Of a stretch of DNA of 64,000 nt, positions 44,869-53,675 are shown piece after piece. Both the position numbers and the translations under genes were made by a program. The stretch is taken from the IMG/VR virus record IMGVR_UViG_2639763148_000001, positions 4,351 through 68,350 of that record. One strand, written 5' to 3'. The notes below the pieces were generated by a model. That model saw only the letters and a list, made by a program, of their open reading frames with translations. It did no database searches and had not been told where the DNA came from. Position 1 is the first letter of the stretch. Each line of letters starts with the position of its first letter. The DNA comes from a virus. Lineage: Duplodnaviria > Caudoviricetes.

Positions 44869-45777
44869 TTACTGCAGCGGAGCGGGGAACGGGATCCGGT
44901 AGACCTTGCTGTAGGTCTCGTGCGGGAGGTGGTCCCAGGTGGCGGTGAGCTCGCCGAGGCTGGTGAAGCGCATGGCCTCGCGGAGGGCCGTGTCCACCTC
45001 GCCGAGGGACTCGGCGTCGAACGGGCCGGTGTCGTCGGTCGTGTCGAGCAGGGCGCCGCTGGCGAACACCCCGAAGACGCGGGGCACGTCGAGGTCGACC
45101 AGGGCCGCCGTGGCGCCGGGGACGAGGGCGCGGAGCGTAGTGGCGATCTCGGAGGCGGTGACCTTCGCCGGGGTCGGGTCGGTGATGTGGGTCTCGCGGG
45201 TCAGGCCGCATTCGCAGTCGAGTTCGTGCCAGTCCTGGCCGTTGCCGCAGGGGCACCACCAGGAGGCAAAGCTCCAGGTCCACTCCCAGCCGCCGATGCT
45301 GTAGAGGCCGTCCCGGGGCTCGACGATGTTGGCGGCCGTGCTGCTCTCTTCGGCGAAGTACATCCAGCGGATGTGGACGACGACCGAGAGCCGAGCGCCA
45401 CGCCCGCCGGGCTTGCGGGCGGCCTTGCGGTCCTTGGCGTTGGCCCGGGTGATGGTGGTTGCGTCGGCCGCGCCTCGGGCGAGCTTGCGCCAGTTGATTC
45501 GGACGGCCGCGGCGAGGGGCTCGCCGTCCCAGGTGCCGCCGTCGATGACGTGGACGGTCTCGGCGCTGTCCACGCGGCCGTCGATGACGTGGATGGTGTC
45601 TACGCTGTCGTACCCGCACTCGTCGGCCAGGCCGAGGGTCTGGGCCGACAGGGCCCGCGTGGCGCCGAGGGTGAAGCGGGGGGAGAGCCAGCCGTTCCAT
45701 CGGTTGGTCGGGTCGAGCTTGCAGTCGAGCGGGCCGAGCGTGTCGTCGATGCACACGCGGGTGTCGATGATGCCCAT
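44869..45777 (-). CDS. Hypothetical protein (302 aa)
   Basis: WNGW.SPRF, duplicated T(I/V)HVIDG segment, DGLYSIGGWEWTW. Confidence 0.7.
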   Translation of the reverse strand: MGIIDTRVCIDDTLGPLDCKLDPTNRWNGWLSPRFTLGATRALSAQTLGLADECGYDSVDTIHVIDGRVDSAETVHVIDGGTWDGEPLAAAVRINWRKLARGAADATTITRANAKDRKAARKPGGRGARLSVVVHIRWMYFAEESSTAANIVEPRDGLYSIGGWEWTWSFASWWCPCGNGQDWHELDCECGLTRETHITDPTPAKVTASEIATTLRALVPGATAALVDLDVPRVFGVFASGALLDTTDDTGPFDAESLGEVDTALREAMRFTSLGELTATWDHLPHETYSKVYRIPFPAPLQ

Positions 45778-45862
45778 GGGGTACCCCTTCGTGAGGCTGT
45801 CGGTTGGGGGCCCGGCCGGGCGGGGATTCCCGCCCCCGCCCGGTCGGGCTGGCTGTAGTGAG

Positions 45863-46588
45863 TCAGGTGACGATCGAGGTGAAGGGCAGGCTGCGGGTCA
45901 TGCCGCTGGTGAAGCTCAGGCGGTAGTCCACGAACCGGTCCTTCTTGGCCGCGTTGCAGGCCCTGCACAGGGGCTGGATGTTCTCGACCTCGTCCCAGCC
46001 GCCCTGGCTGAGCGGGACGATGTGGTCGGGCTCCAGCGGTCCGTCAGGGGCCATGCAGGCGATGCAGCAGCCGTAGGAGTCCCGCAGGGCGATCCACTGC
46101 TCGGTGCTGACGCCGGCGCCCGGTGCGGCGAGCTTGTTGGCGCGGTACCGCGCGCGCCGGGCCCTGTTGGCCATCGGGTTCTCCCGAATCCACTCGGCGT
46201 TCTTGGCCGCGTAGTACGCCTTATTCGCGTGGTAGTGCGCCCGGGCTGCCGCGCGCACCTTGTCCAAGTTCGCCGTCCGGTACCGCTTCTGCTCTGCCCG
46301 GACCTTCTCCGGGTTCTGGCGCTGCCGGTCCTTGGACAGCTGGTTGAGGCACGGCTTGCAGCGGCTGGTCCGGGTGCCGGAGGCGGTGGTGAACGCGCTC
46401 ATCGGTTTCTCCTCTCCGCACCTGGTGCAGGCCTTGTGGGTGGGGGGCGGCGCCCCCTGGGGGCGGTACCGCTCGGGGTTAGCCGAGCGGCACAGCTTGC
46501 ACGCGCTGTGGCGGCCGTCGCTGCTCCTCTTGTTCCGGTGGAACTCGGTCAGCGGCTTCTCCGCCCGGCACCTCGTGCAGGTCTTCAC
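45863..46588 (-). CDS. HNH endonuclease with two N-terminal zinc fingers
   Basis: GTGA overlap; KTCTRC...CKLC and KACTRC...CKPC; 'CIAC...DHIVPLSQGG...NIQPLCRACNAAK'. Confidence 0.88.
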   Translation of the reverse strand: MKTCTRCRAEKPLTEFHRNKRSSDGRHSACKLCRSANPERYRPQGAPPPTHKACTRCGEEKPMSAFTTASGTRTSRCKPCLNQLSKDRQRQNPEKVRAEQKRYRTANLDKVRAAARAHYHANKAYYAAKNAEWIRENPMANRARRARYRANKLAAPGAGVSTEQWIALRDSYGCCIACMAPDGPLEPDHIVPLSQGGWDEVENIQPLCRACNAAKKDRFVDYRLSFTSGMTRSLPFTSIVT

Positions 46589-47019
46589 CAGAGGCCGCCC
46601 TGGTGGGGGGCGTTCTGGTGGACCGCGCCGAGCTCGGGCACCTCGTCGCCGGTCTGCTCGGTCCACCACTTGGCGAAGTGGAGCCTGTGGCACCAGTTGT
46701 TCGGGGGCGTCAGCTTGGCGAGCTGATCGAAGCAGAGCAGCACGAGCGGGCTGTCGAGGTCGTAGGCGCCCGCGATGCGCATCAGCTCGTCGCGGATGGC
46801 GTCGATGCCCCGGGCGTTGAGGAGCCGGCGGTACTGGAACTCGTACGCGTCCTGCGCGTTGATCTTCAGCAACTCACGGGTGGGGGTCACCAGGTGCGCG
46901 TGCGCGGTCATCGGGTACGGGAGGGAGAACCGCGGCCTCCCGACCGTGGTGCGGACGGGGGTGCCCATGTGGGGCTGGAACTCCTGGAAGGTGCAGGTGG
47001 CGATCTGGAGGTCGTTCAT
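46585..47019 (-). CDS. DUF488-like protein
   Basis: 'LVLLCFD...WCHRLHFAKW' motif. Confidence 0.6.
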   Translation of the reverse strand: MNDLQIATCTFQEFQPHMGTPVRTTVGRPRFSLPYPMTAHAHLVTPTRELLKINAQDAYEFQYRRLLNARGIDAIRDELMRIAGAYDLDSPLVLLCFDQLAKLTPPNNWCHRLHFAKWWTEQTGDEVPELGAVHQNAPHQGGLW

Positions 47020-47086
47020 GAACCGGGTTCCTTTCGGTGTGGGTTCAGCCCCGGCCGGGCCGTTTGGGCCCGGCCGGAGTGGGTGG

Positions 47087-47293
47087 TCACCCGTAGCAGA
47101 TGCAGGTCTCGCGGGTGGGGGGCTCGGTGCCGAACTCCTCGTGGGCCCGCCGGAGGATCCGGGTGAGGACCTGGCAGAGGTCGGAGTTCTCGTCGGCCTT
47201 GGGCTGGTTGGTGAGCTGAGCCCTCATCCAGGGGAGGAGGAGGGCCATTTCCTCGGAGGAGGTCTGGAAGGAGGGGGTGGAGGGGGTGGTCAT
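47087..47293 (-). CDS. Hypothetical protein (68 aa)
   Basis: First ORF after class-1 promoter copy 2. Confidence 0.5.
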   Translation of the reverse strand: MTTPSTPSFQTSSEEMALLLPWMRAQLTNQPKADENSDLCQVLTRILRRAHEEFGTEPPTRETCICYG

Positions 47294-47321
47294 TTTGAGG
47301 CCCTTCTGGTGTGGAGTTGTT

Positions 47322-47406
47322 TAGTGGGTAGTCACTATAAACAACGCTTGAACGGGCCTTGTGGTTCCGGGTAAATCCCGGGAAATCGAGGAAAGTTGCA
47401 GGTCAG
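47322..47406 (-). promoter_or_regulatory. Class-1 promoter/operator, copy 2
   Basis: GGAAC-N17-CGTT; 17-mer at 47322-47338. Confidence 0.75.
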
Positions 47407-47410
47407 GGGC

Positions 47411-48241
47411 CTACGCGGCGAAGTCGAACAGGCCGAGCTGGAGGGGCTGGCGCTGGTGCCAGTCGTGGGTCCGCAGCGGGCCGCCCGGGTAGCCCGGGAC
47501 GTAGACGAGGCAGGTGCGGACGTTTGTGCCGCAGACCGCGAACGAGTCGTCGGGCAGGGCTTCGATGTCGCCGCCGACCTCCTCCACGTCCTCGCGGAAC
47601 TGGACCGAGGCCTTGTCCGACCACCCCATCAGGCCCGCGCTCATGACCGAGATGAGGATGCCGTCCTTCTTCATGAACCCGAGCGCGTGCTTGATGTGGT
47701 CCAGGCCCTTCTCGAACGGGGGGTTCATGACGATGCGGTCGAACCCCTCCTCGTAGTCGAGCGGGTCGACGCTGAGGAAGTCGCGCTGGATGACCTTCCT
47801 GCAGTCGCCCTGGTCCCGGAGGGCCTTGGCCCGAAAGGGGTCGAGCTCGACGCCGTCGACCAGGGCGCCGCGCCGGGCGAGTTCGCTCGTGATGGCGCCG
47901 GAGCCGGCGGAGGGCTCCAGGACGGTCATCCCGGCGTAGACCCCGGCGTGGTCGACGATCTGCATGACCAGGCTGGGCGGGGTCGGGAACCAGCCCTGCT
48001 CGTTTCGGGTCGGGTACTCACCGGCCGCGAGGCACTGGCGCATGAACTCCTCGATCCGGTGCGGGAAGACGTGGCCCCGGATCTTCTGCCGGCCGTCCCA
48101 GCGGCCTCCCATCTCCTTGAGGGCCTTGTTGACCGCCTCGTACACCTTCCGGTCGATCTCGAAGGGGATGCGGACGAGGTCGTCGCGGATCTCGGTGCGC
48201 GGGTCGGTGAGGACGGCCAGGACGCTGTCGGGGAATCGCAT
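47411..48241 (-). CDS. DNA amino (N6-adenine type) methyltransferase (276 aa)
   Basis: ATG 48241 with AAGGAG; FPTP, LEPSAGSG, NPPF motifs. Confidence 0.85.
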   Translation of the reverse strand: MRFPDSVLAVLTDPRTEIRDDLVRIPFEIDRKVYEAVNKALKEMGGRWDGRQKIRGHVFPHRIEEFMRQCLAAGEYPTRNEQGWFPTPPSLVMQIVDHAGVYAGMTVLEPSAGSGAITSELARRGALVDGVELDPFRAKALRDQGDCRKVIQRDFLSVDPLDYEEGFDRIVMNPPFEKGLDHIKHALGFMKKDGILISVMSAGLMGWSDKASVQFREDVEEVGGDIEALPDDSFAVCGTNVRTCLVYVPGYPGGPLRTHDWHQRQPLQLGLFDFAA

Positions 48242-48384
48242 GGTGGGCTCCTTCGATCGCTGGTGGCAGGGAGGGCGGGTGTGGCGGGGGGCTGAAAACC
48301 CGTGAGAGCCGCTGTGGCGGCCTCGTTTGGCCTGGGGGTGGGTTGGGGTGGGGGCCTTTTCGGCCCCCACCCCCCGGGGTGAGG

Positions 48385-49023
48385 TCAGCTGGTCGGCCGC
48401 CCCTCGGCCTCGTGGGCCGCGAGCTTGCGGGCGACGGCCTCGGCCTCGTAGACGTTGCGGAACTCGTTGGCGAGCCAGCGGTTCAGGAACCCGTCCTGCC
48501 GTCCGAGGGCGAGGTGGGACATGTGCCAGGCGACGCCGAACGGGAGCCTCCCGTCGCTCAAGGCCGCGACGCCAGACGGGCACAGGTCCAAGATCTTCAT
48601 GCGCGACTCGATGTAGCTGACGTCCCTGTCGCAGGCGAAGCCGATGTCGGCGAGGGACAGGCCCTGGTCGCCGAGCAGGCGGAACAGCTGCCCTTCCTCC
48701 AGGGGGCTGATGGCCCGGGCGTTCCCGATCCAGCGGGCGACTTCCTCGACGAGCCGCCAGGTGTGGCTGGACGTGGAGGCGTTCAGGACGGCCGCCTCGA
48801 TCTCGGTGTCTCCGGCCGCCTTGGCTCGGGTCCACAGGACCTCGCCCATCACGAGCACGTATCGGTGCGTGCTCGGGATGTGCCGGACCGTGATCCGGTC
48901 GCCGAGGCTCACGACCGCCTCGGTCAGGTCCTGGATCCCGATCGGTTCGAGGTGCTGGCGCAGGGAGACCGGGGCGGGGTTGATGGCGTACATGGGGATC
49001 GTGCGGATGATCGCGTTGCTCAT
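48385..49023 (-). CDS. Degenerate ParB-family protein (212 aa)
   Basis: ParB-like N-domain with GExRxRA changed to GEVLWTRA, plus HTH. Confidence 0.7.
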   Translation of the reverse strand: MSNAIIRTIPMYAINPAPVSLRQHLEPIGIQDLTEAVVSLGDRITVRHIPSTHRYVLVMGEVLWTRAKAAGDTEIEAAVLNASTSSHTWRLVEEVARWIGNARAISPLEEGQLFRLLGDQGLSLADIGFACDRDVSYIESRMKILDLCPSGVAALSDGRLPFGVAWHMSHLALGRQDGFLNRWLANEFRNVYEAEAVARKLAAHEAEGRPTS

Positions 49024-49128
49024 GGCGTCTCTCCTGTGGTGGGCGGTGCTGGGGTGGGGTGCGGGTCGCTTTCTGGCGCACCCACTGCCCCGGGCGGGCC
49101 TGCTGGTCCGCCCGGGACGGTGGGGGCG

Positions 49129-49527
49129 TCAGGCGGTGGCGGCGGCCTGTTCGATGTGGAGCCGGCGGGCGGTCAGCTCGGCGTCGCGGGCGTCGGTGAA
49201 CTCGCCGCGGAGCCAGCGGACGGTCATGTAGCCCTGGCCGTCGCGGTCGAGGCGGGCGATGTACCAGGCGAGGCCGACGGGCAGGGTGCCGTTCTCGATG
49301 CGCCGCTGGTTGGCCTCGGTGAGGTTCAGCAGGGCGATCCGCTCGGTGATCGCGGGGACGTGCTCCTTGCCGGCCATGGCGGCGATCTCGGCGGGGCTGT
49401 GGCCGCCGTCCACGAGGAGCTTGTAGAGCTTGGCCTGCTCGATGGGGTCGACGTCGGGCTCCTGGGAGCGGTCGGCGATGGCCTGGGCGGCGCTGGCGGG
49501 GAGGACGGGGTTGAGGCCGTAGGGCAT
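49129..49527 (-). CDS. ParB-type HTH/C-terminal domain protein (132 aa)
   Basis: 'DPIEQAK.Y..L...RIALLNL...LPVGLAWYIARL...RWLRGEF'. Confidence 0.7.
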   Translation of the reverse strand: MPYGLNPVLPASAAQAIADRSQEPDVDPIEQAKLYKLLVDGGHSPAEIAAMAGKEHVPAITERIALLNLTEANQRRIENGTLPVGLAWYIARLDRDGQGYMTVRWLRGEFTDARDAELTARRLHIEQAAATA

Positions 49528-49558
49528 GGCAGGTGCCTCTCTGGAGGGGAGGGGGGTT

Positions 49559-49645
49559 TAGTGGGTAGTCACTATTTCCAACGCGTGACTACCCGTAAGG
49601 TTCCGGGTGGAACGGGGGGGGGATCGCTGGAAATCCCCAGGTCAC
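49559..49645 (-). promoter_or_regulatory. Class-1 promoter/operator, copy 3 (partial inverted second operator in spacer)
   Basis: GGAAC-N16-CGTT; 17-mer at 49559-49575; GTGACTACCC in spacer. Confidence 0.75.
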
Positions 49646-49649
49646 AGGC

Positions 49650-51107
49650 TTACGCGGCGGCGGCTTCGGGGTTGATGACGATGCCGTTGGAGCGGACTTC
49701 CGCGTGCGCCTGGGCCTTGCGGAGGTTGGTGGTCACCTTGCCGATCAGCTTCTGGAGGTGGTCCATGCGGAGCTGGTGGCCGGGGACGCCGCCGGGGGTG
49801 CCGGCGAGGAGCAGGGCCAGCTCCTCCGGGTCGGCGGTGGCCAGCTCAGAGAGGATCTCTCCCGCGGTCGCCAGCTTGTCGATCTTCTTGGTGAGCTTGC
49901 CGCGCTCGTCCATGATCCGCTCGCGCTCCTGGTCGGAGACGTCGTGCCCGCCGGGGAGCATGTCCTGGGCGCCGCCGTCGCCGTCGGCCGCGGGGGTCTC
50001 GTCGACGAGGACGAAGAAGCTGCCCTGGGATTCGCGGCGCTGCTCCTCGGCGAGGCAGGCCTTGACGAACTCCTCTGCGGCCCTGTCGTTCGGGAACTGG
50101 CCGCGCGCGTACTTGGCGAGGAACCGCGTCTGGTTGTCGCAGCTCAGCTTGGCGACGTACCAGGCCATCCCGACGGGGAGGTGGCCCTTGCTGAGGGCTT
50201 CCTGTGCGGCGTCGCAGAGCTTGAGGAGGTCGATGCGCCAGCCGATGTAGGCGGCCGACTTGCCGCACATCTCGGCGATCTCGTCGATCGTGTACTCGGC
50301 GTCTTCGAGGCGCTTGAAGCTCTTGGCCTCCTCGATGGGGGTCATGTCCGCGCGGCCCACGTTCTCGGCGACCTGCTTGGCCAGGGTCTCGCGGTCGCCC
50401 TCGGCGACGCCGTGGGCCACGACGGCGGTCATCTCGGCGAGGCCGGCCATCTTGGCGGCCCGCAGGCGCCGCTCGCCCGCAATGAGCGTGTACCGGCGGG
50501 TGGCCGGGATGTAGCGGACGCTGATGGGCTGGAGCTGGCCCAGCTTCTGCATGGAGCCGGCCAGTTCCTTGAGCTTGGCCTCGTCGAACTCCTCACGGGG
50601 CTGGTTCGGGTCGCGGTCGATCCTGTCGGTCGGGATGGTCTTCTGGACCGTCTTCACCTTCACCGTCGTCTCGGCCGCCGGGGCGGCGGGCGCCTTCTCC
50701 ACCGGGGCCTTCTTCGTCGCGGTCTTCTTGGCGGGTGCCTTCTTCGCGGGGGCCTTGGTCTCGGCGGGGACCGCCTCCGGCTTCTGGACGGTCTCGCCTT
50801 CCGGCTCATCGACCGGCGCCGGGGCGGGCGCCTCGGTCTCGGTCACCTCCGGCTCGGCTGCCTGGGGCGTCTGGGCGGGGGCCGCGGCGACGAGGTCGGC
50901 GCCGAGGGTGGTGACCCAGGCCTGGAAGTCGAGGGGCGAGTACCAGCCGTCGGTGGAGGCGATCCCCTCGTCCACGTAGGCCCGGTATGCGGCGTCCAGC
51001 TCGGCCGTGCGCTCGATCTCCGGCTCCTGGTTGGCGCACATGTCGGCGATCAGGGCGGCCTTGCGCTCGCTGCGGGTGAGCTTGCGTGCGGTGGTCTCTG
51101 CGGTCAT
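49650..51107 (-). CDS. ParB/RepB/Spo0J-family protein (485 aa, internal start)
   Basis: 'PNQPREEF...GQLQPI...IAGERRLRAA...ENVGRADMTPIEEA'; own promoter and SD. Confidence 0.85.
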   Translation of the reverse strand: MTAETTARKLTRSERKAALIADMCANQEPEIERTAELDAAYRAYVDEGIASTDGWYSPLDFQAWVTTLGADLVAAAPAQTPQAAEPEVTETEAPAPAPVDEPEGETVQKPEAVPAETKAPAKKAPAKKTATKKAPVEKAPAAPAAETTVKVKTVQKTIPTDRIDRDPNQPREEFDEAKLKELAGSMQKLGQLQPISVRYIPATRRYTLIAGERRLRAAKMAGLAEMTAVVAHGVAEGDRETLAKQVAENVGRADMTPIEEAKSFKRLEDAEYTIDEIAEMCGKSAAYIGWRIDLLKLCDAAQEALSKGHLPVGMAWYVAKLSCDNQTRFLAKYARGQFPNDRAAEEFVKACLAEEQRRESQGSFFVLVDETPAADGDGGAQDMLPGGHDVSDQERERIMDERGKLTKKIDKLATAGEILSELATADPEELALLLAGTPGGVPGHQLRMDHLQKLIGKVTTNLRKAQAHAEVRSNGIVINPEAAAA

Positions 51108-52859
51108 CTCGGAGCCCTTCTCGGTGGGGTTGTTTAGTGGGTAGTCACTATTAACAACGCCGGAACGGTCCGTGTGGTTCCGGGTATTTTCCGAGAAATC
51201 GCAGGTCAGGGCGTTTTTGTCGGGCTCCGTCGGGGCGTCCTCGCTTCCCGTGAGGACGGCCTCGACCCCTGCCAGGATCTCCTTCGCCTCCGCCAGGGAC
51301 TCCTCGATCTCGGCCAGAGCCTCCTCCGGGGTGGCCTCGCCCTCCGTCGGGTCCTGCTCCGTCCATACGGGAAGATCCTTCGGCGTGGGCTCGGGCTCCG
51401 GCTGCGGCTGGCCGGCGGGGGCCTGGCCCTCGGCCTCGGTGGACTCCGGCGGCGCCTCGGTTTCCTCCTCAGGGGCCGACACCGGCTCGGGCTCCGCCGT
51501 CGGCGCGGGCTCGATGGTGCGGGTGATGCCGAGGCTGGGGCCTCCGCTCCACCTGCCGGTCCCGACGTAGCCGCGTTCGGCGAGGAGGTCGGTCACCAGG
51601 GCTTGCAGGACCTTGGCCCAGACCGACTCGGTGAACTTCACGCCGTCCGGGGCGGTGAGGGTCACCGGTGCGTGGTCCTTGTGGGGCTGCTTGCGCCCGT
51701 TGAGCCACGTGAGCGTGGCCTCGGTGGCGCTCCACCGGCATTCGACCTTGACGCCCTTGGGGATCTTCGGATCGGTTCGCTTCTTCTTCGGCTTGGGCTG
51801 GGCGGCCAGGGCCTCGCGAATGGCGCTGGCCGGCTGTGCCGCGGACGCCTCGGCCGCCGACTTGGTCCCGGGGATCTTGCCGTCGGCGAGGAAGGCGAGC
51901 ATCGCCGCCTCGGGGCAGCGGGCCCGCACGTGGGTGTAGTCGGTGGTGTGCGTGCCGAGGCCGTAGTGCGGGTCGGTGGCGTCGTCCAGGGTCATGACGC
52001 GCTTGGGGACGAGGCGCAGGTTCCACGCGATGGACAGCGTCTTGGGGTTGACCCGGGCGATCTGATACCAGTCGCCTCGGGAGAGTACGAAGTCCCTGGG
52101 GGCGAAGTCGTCCGGGCCCCAGATCTTCAGGCCGTCCTCGGCCTCCGCCTTGGCGATGAGCTTCTCCCAGAAGTCGATCTCCTCGGCCAGGTCCTCGATC
52201 AGGCGGACGTGACGGCCGGGGTCGCGGCCGGCTGCGACCGTCTCGTCCCGGTAGCGCTCCTGCTGGCGCAGTTCGGTGCGCAGCCGCTCCAGGCGCCGGA
52301 GGGTGACCTGCGGGTTCTGCCGGTGCTCCTTGTAGCGTTCCGAGGCCTCGGCCCGGTTCGACCAGTACCCGGCCTTCTTGTCCGCGTCGATCGACTTGCG
52401 CATGTTGCTGTCGATCCGCTCGGCGTCGCGTTCGGCGCGCCGCTGGGAGTGGTGCCCGACGAGGATCGGCTGGCCGAAGGGGATGTGCCGCATGATGTCC
52501 CGGGCCGCTTGGTGCCGGGCACCGGACTCGGTCGAGGCGCGGTCCGCGCGGTCGCTGAACCGCTCAGCGCGGTCCTCGGCGCGTTCCTCGCGGGCGGCCT
52601 CGGCTTCCGCGAAGGACCGGCGCTTGGTCTCGTTGATCTCGACGGTGACGGTGTGGCCGGCGGCTTCCAGGGCCGTCTTGGCCGCGTTGATGTTCCAGTG
52701 CTTGGCCTCCCTGTCGATGGACTGGCGGATGTAGATGCCGACTTGGCGGGACCAGCGGAAGCCGTGCTTGGAGACGATCTCGTAGACGCCGTCTCCCTTC
52801 GTGGAGCCGGTGAGGATGGTGCCCTCGGCTCGGGTGTGGGTGATGGTGATGTCAGCCAT
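49650..52859 (-). CDS. DUF3560-domain protein reading in frame into ParB (1069 aa)
   Basis: 'IPFGQPILVGHHSQRR' DUF3560 signature; no stop before ParB. Confidence 0.7.
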   Translation of the reverse strand: MADITITHTRAEGTILTGSTKGDGVYEIVSKHGFRWSRQVGIYIRQSIDREAKHWNINAAKTALEAAGHTVTVEINETKRRSFAEAEAAREERAEDRAERFSDRADRASTESGARHQAARDIMRHIPFGQPILVGHHSQRRAERDAERIDSNMRKSIDADKKAGYWSNRAEASERYKEHRQNPQVTLRRLERLRTELRQQERYRDETVAAGRDPGRHVRLIEDLAEEIDFWEKLIAKAEAEDGLKIWGPDDFAPRDFVLSRGDWYQIARVNPKTLSIAWNLRLVPKRVMTLDDATDPHYGLGTHTTDYTHVRARCPEAAMLAFLADGKIPGTKSAAEASAAQPASAIREALAAQPKPKKKRTDPKIPKGVKVECRWSATEATLTWLNGRKQPHKDHAPVTLTAPDGVKFTESVWAKVLQALVTDLLAERGYVGTGRWSGGPSLGITRTIEPAPTAEPEPVSAPEEETEAPPESTEAEGQAPAGQPQPEPEPTPKDLPVWTEQDPTEGEATPEEALAEIEESLAEAKEILAGVEAVLTGSEDAPTEPDKNALTCDFSENTRNHTDRSGVVNSDYPLNNPTEKGSEMTAETTARKLTRSERKAALIADMCANQEPEIERTAELDAAYRAYVDEGIASTDGWYSPLDFQAWVTTLGADLVAAAPAQTPQAAEPEVTETEAPAPAPVDEPEGETVQKPEAVPAETKAPAKKAPAKKTATKKAPVEKAPAAPAAETTVKVKTVQKTIPTDRIDRDPNQPREEFDEAKLKELAGSMQKLGQLQPISVRYIPATRRYTLIAGERRLRAAKMAGLAEMTAVVAHGVAEGDRETLAKQVAENVGRADMTPIEEAKSFKRLEDAEYTIDEIAEMCGKSAAYIGWRIDLLKLCDAAQEALSKGHLPVGMAWYVAKLSCDNQTRFLAKYARGQFPNDRAAEEFVKACLAEEQRRESQGSFFVLVDETPAADGDGGAQDMLPGGHDVSDQERERIMDERGKLTKKIDKLATAGEILSELATADPEELALLLAGTPGGVPGHQLRMDHLQKLIGKVTTNLRKAQAHAEVRSNGIVINPEAAAA
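51135..51209 (-). promoter_or_regulatory. Class-1 promoter/operator, copy 4 (intragenic)
   Basis: GGAAC-N17-CGTT; 17-mer at 51135-51151. Confidence 0.75.
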
Positions 52860-52915
52860 CGCGTGTACCTCCTGGGTGGGGTGGGGGCGGGGCCGGGCGG
52901 CCCCGCCGGGGGTGG

Positions 52916-53506
52916 TCAGGCGGCGAGCAGGGTGCGGGTGTCCTTCTCGATGCGCCGCGCGAGCTTGCGGAGGTATTCGCGGTCGAGCACGCCCTTGGTG
53001 ACGGAGCGTCGGACGTCGATGGCGTGCTTGGTGTTGCCCGCGCGCACGAGCTGGGTGGAGAGGGTTAGCGCGTCTTCGGGGTCGCCGGCCTCGGCGACCA
53101 GGTTGATGTCGCCGATCAGCGTCACGGTCTCCTCGGAGAGCTGGACGGGGGCGGGAGCTTCGGGGGCCGGGGACCTGCGGTAGCCGGTACCGGTGGTGAG
53201 CTGGGTGTACGTGCAGCTCTTGGTGACGTAGTCGTTGCGCTTGCTCTGGCGCGTCCAGCGGAGGGTGATCGCGGTGGGCTCGTTCTGCTCGGCCTCGTGC
53301 ATGGTCACCTGGAGCTGGATCAGGATGCGCTGGCGGACCTCGCGGCCGGTGAAGTTCTCGGTCCGGATGGCGTCGGGCTTGCCGGGTTCGTAGACGGCGA
53401 GGGTCTCGCTGTAGGTGGCGGCGTCGTCGATGTCGAGCCGGCTCAGGGCGAGGGTGGCGTCCGCGTGGAGGGTGGCGAGGCTGGTGCGTCGGACCGTGGC
53501 GCGCAT
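52916..53506 (-). CDS. Hypothetical protein (196 aa)
   Basis: ATG 53506 with AGGAG SD. Confidence 0.7.
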   Translation of the reverse strand: MRATVRRTSLATLHADATLALSRLDIDDAATYSETLAVYEPGKPDAIRTENFTGREVRQRILIQLQVTMHEAEQNEPTAITLRWTRQSKRNDYVTKSCTYTQLTTGTGYRRSPAPEAPAPVQLSEETVTLIGDINLVAEAGDPEDALTLSTQLVRAGNTKHAIDVRRSVTKGVLDREYLRKLARRIEKDTRTLLAA

Positions 53507-53528
53507 GGTGGCTCCTGAAGACGTGGTG

Positions 53529-53614
53529 TAGTGGGTAGTCACTATTAACAACGCGTGACTACCCACTATGGTTCCGGGGTGACGCGGGTGGATCGCAGGA
53601 AAATCGCAGGTCAG
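53529..53614 (-). promoter_or_regulatory. Class-1 promoter/operator, copy 5 (inverted second operator in spacer)
   Basis: 17-mer at 53529-53545; GTGACTACCCACTA at 53555-53568. Confidence 0.78.
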
Positions 53615-53675
53615 GGGCCTGCGACTCGGAAGGCGGGCTCAGTGGCTCTCACCAAGGGGGAAGGCTTCGAGTAGG

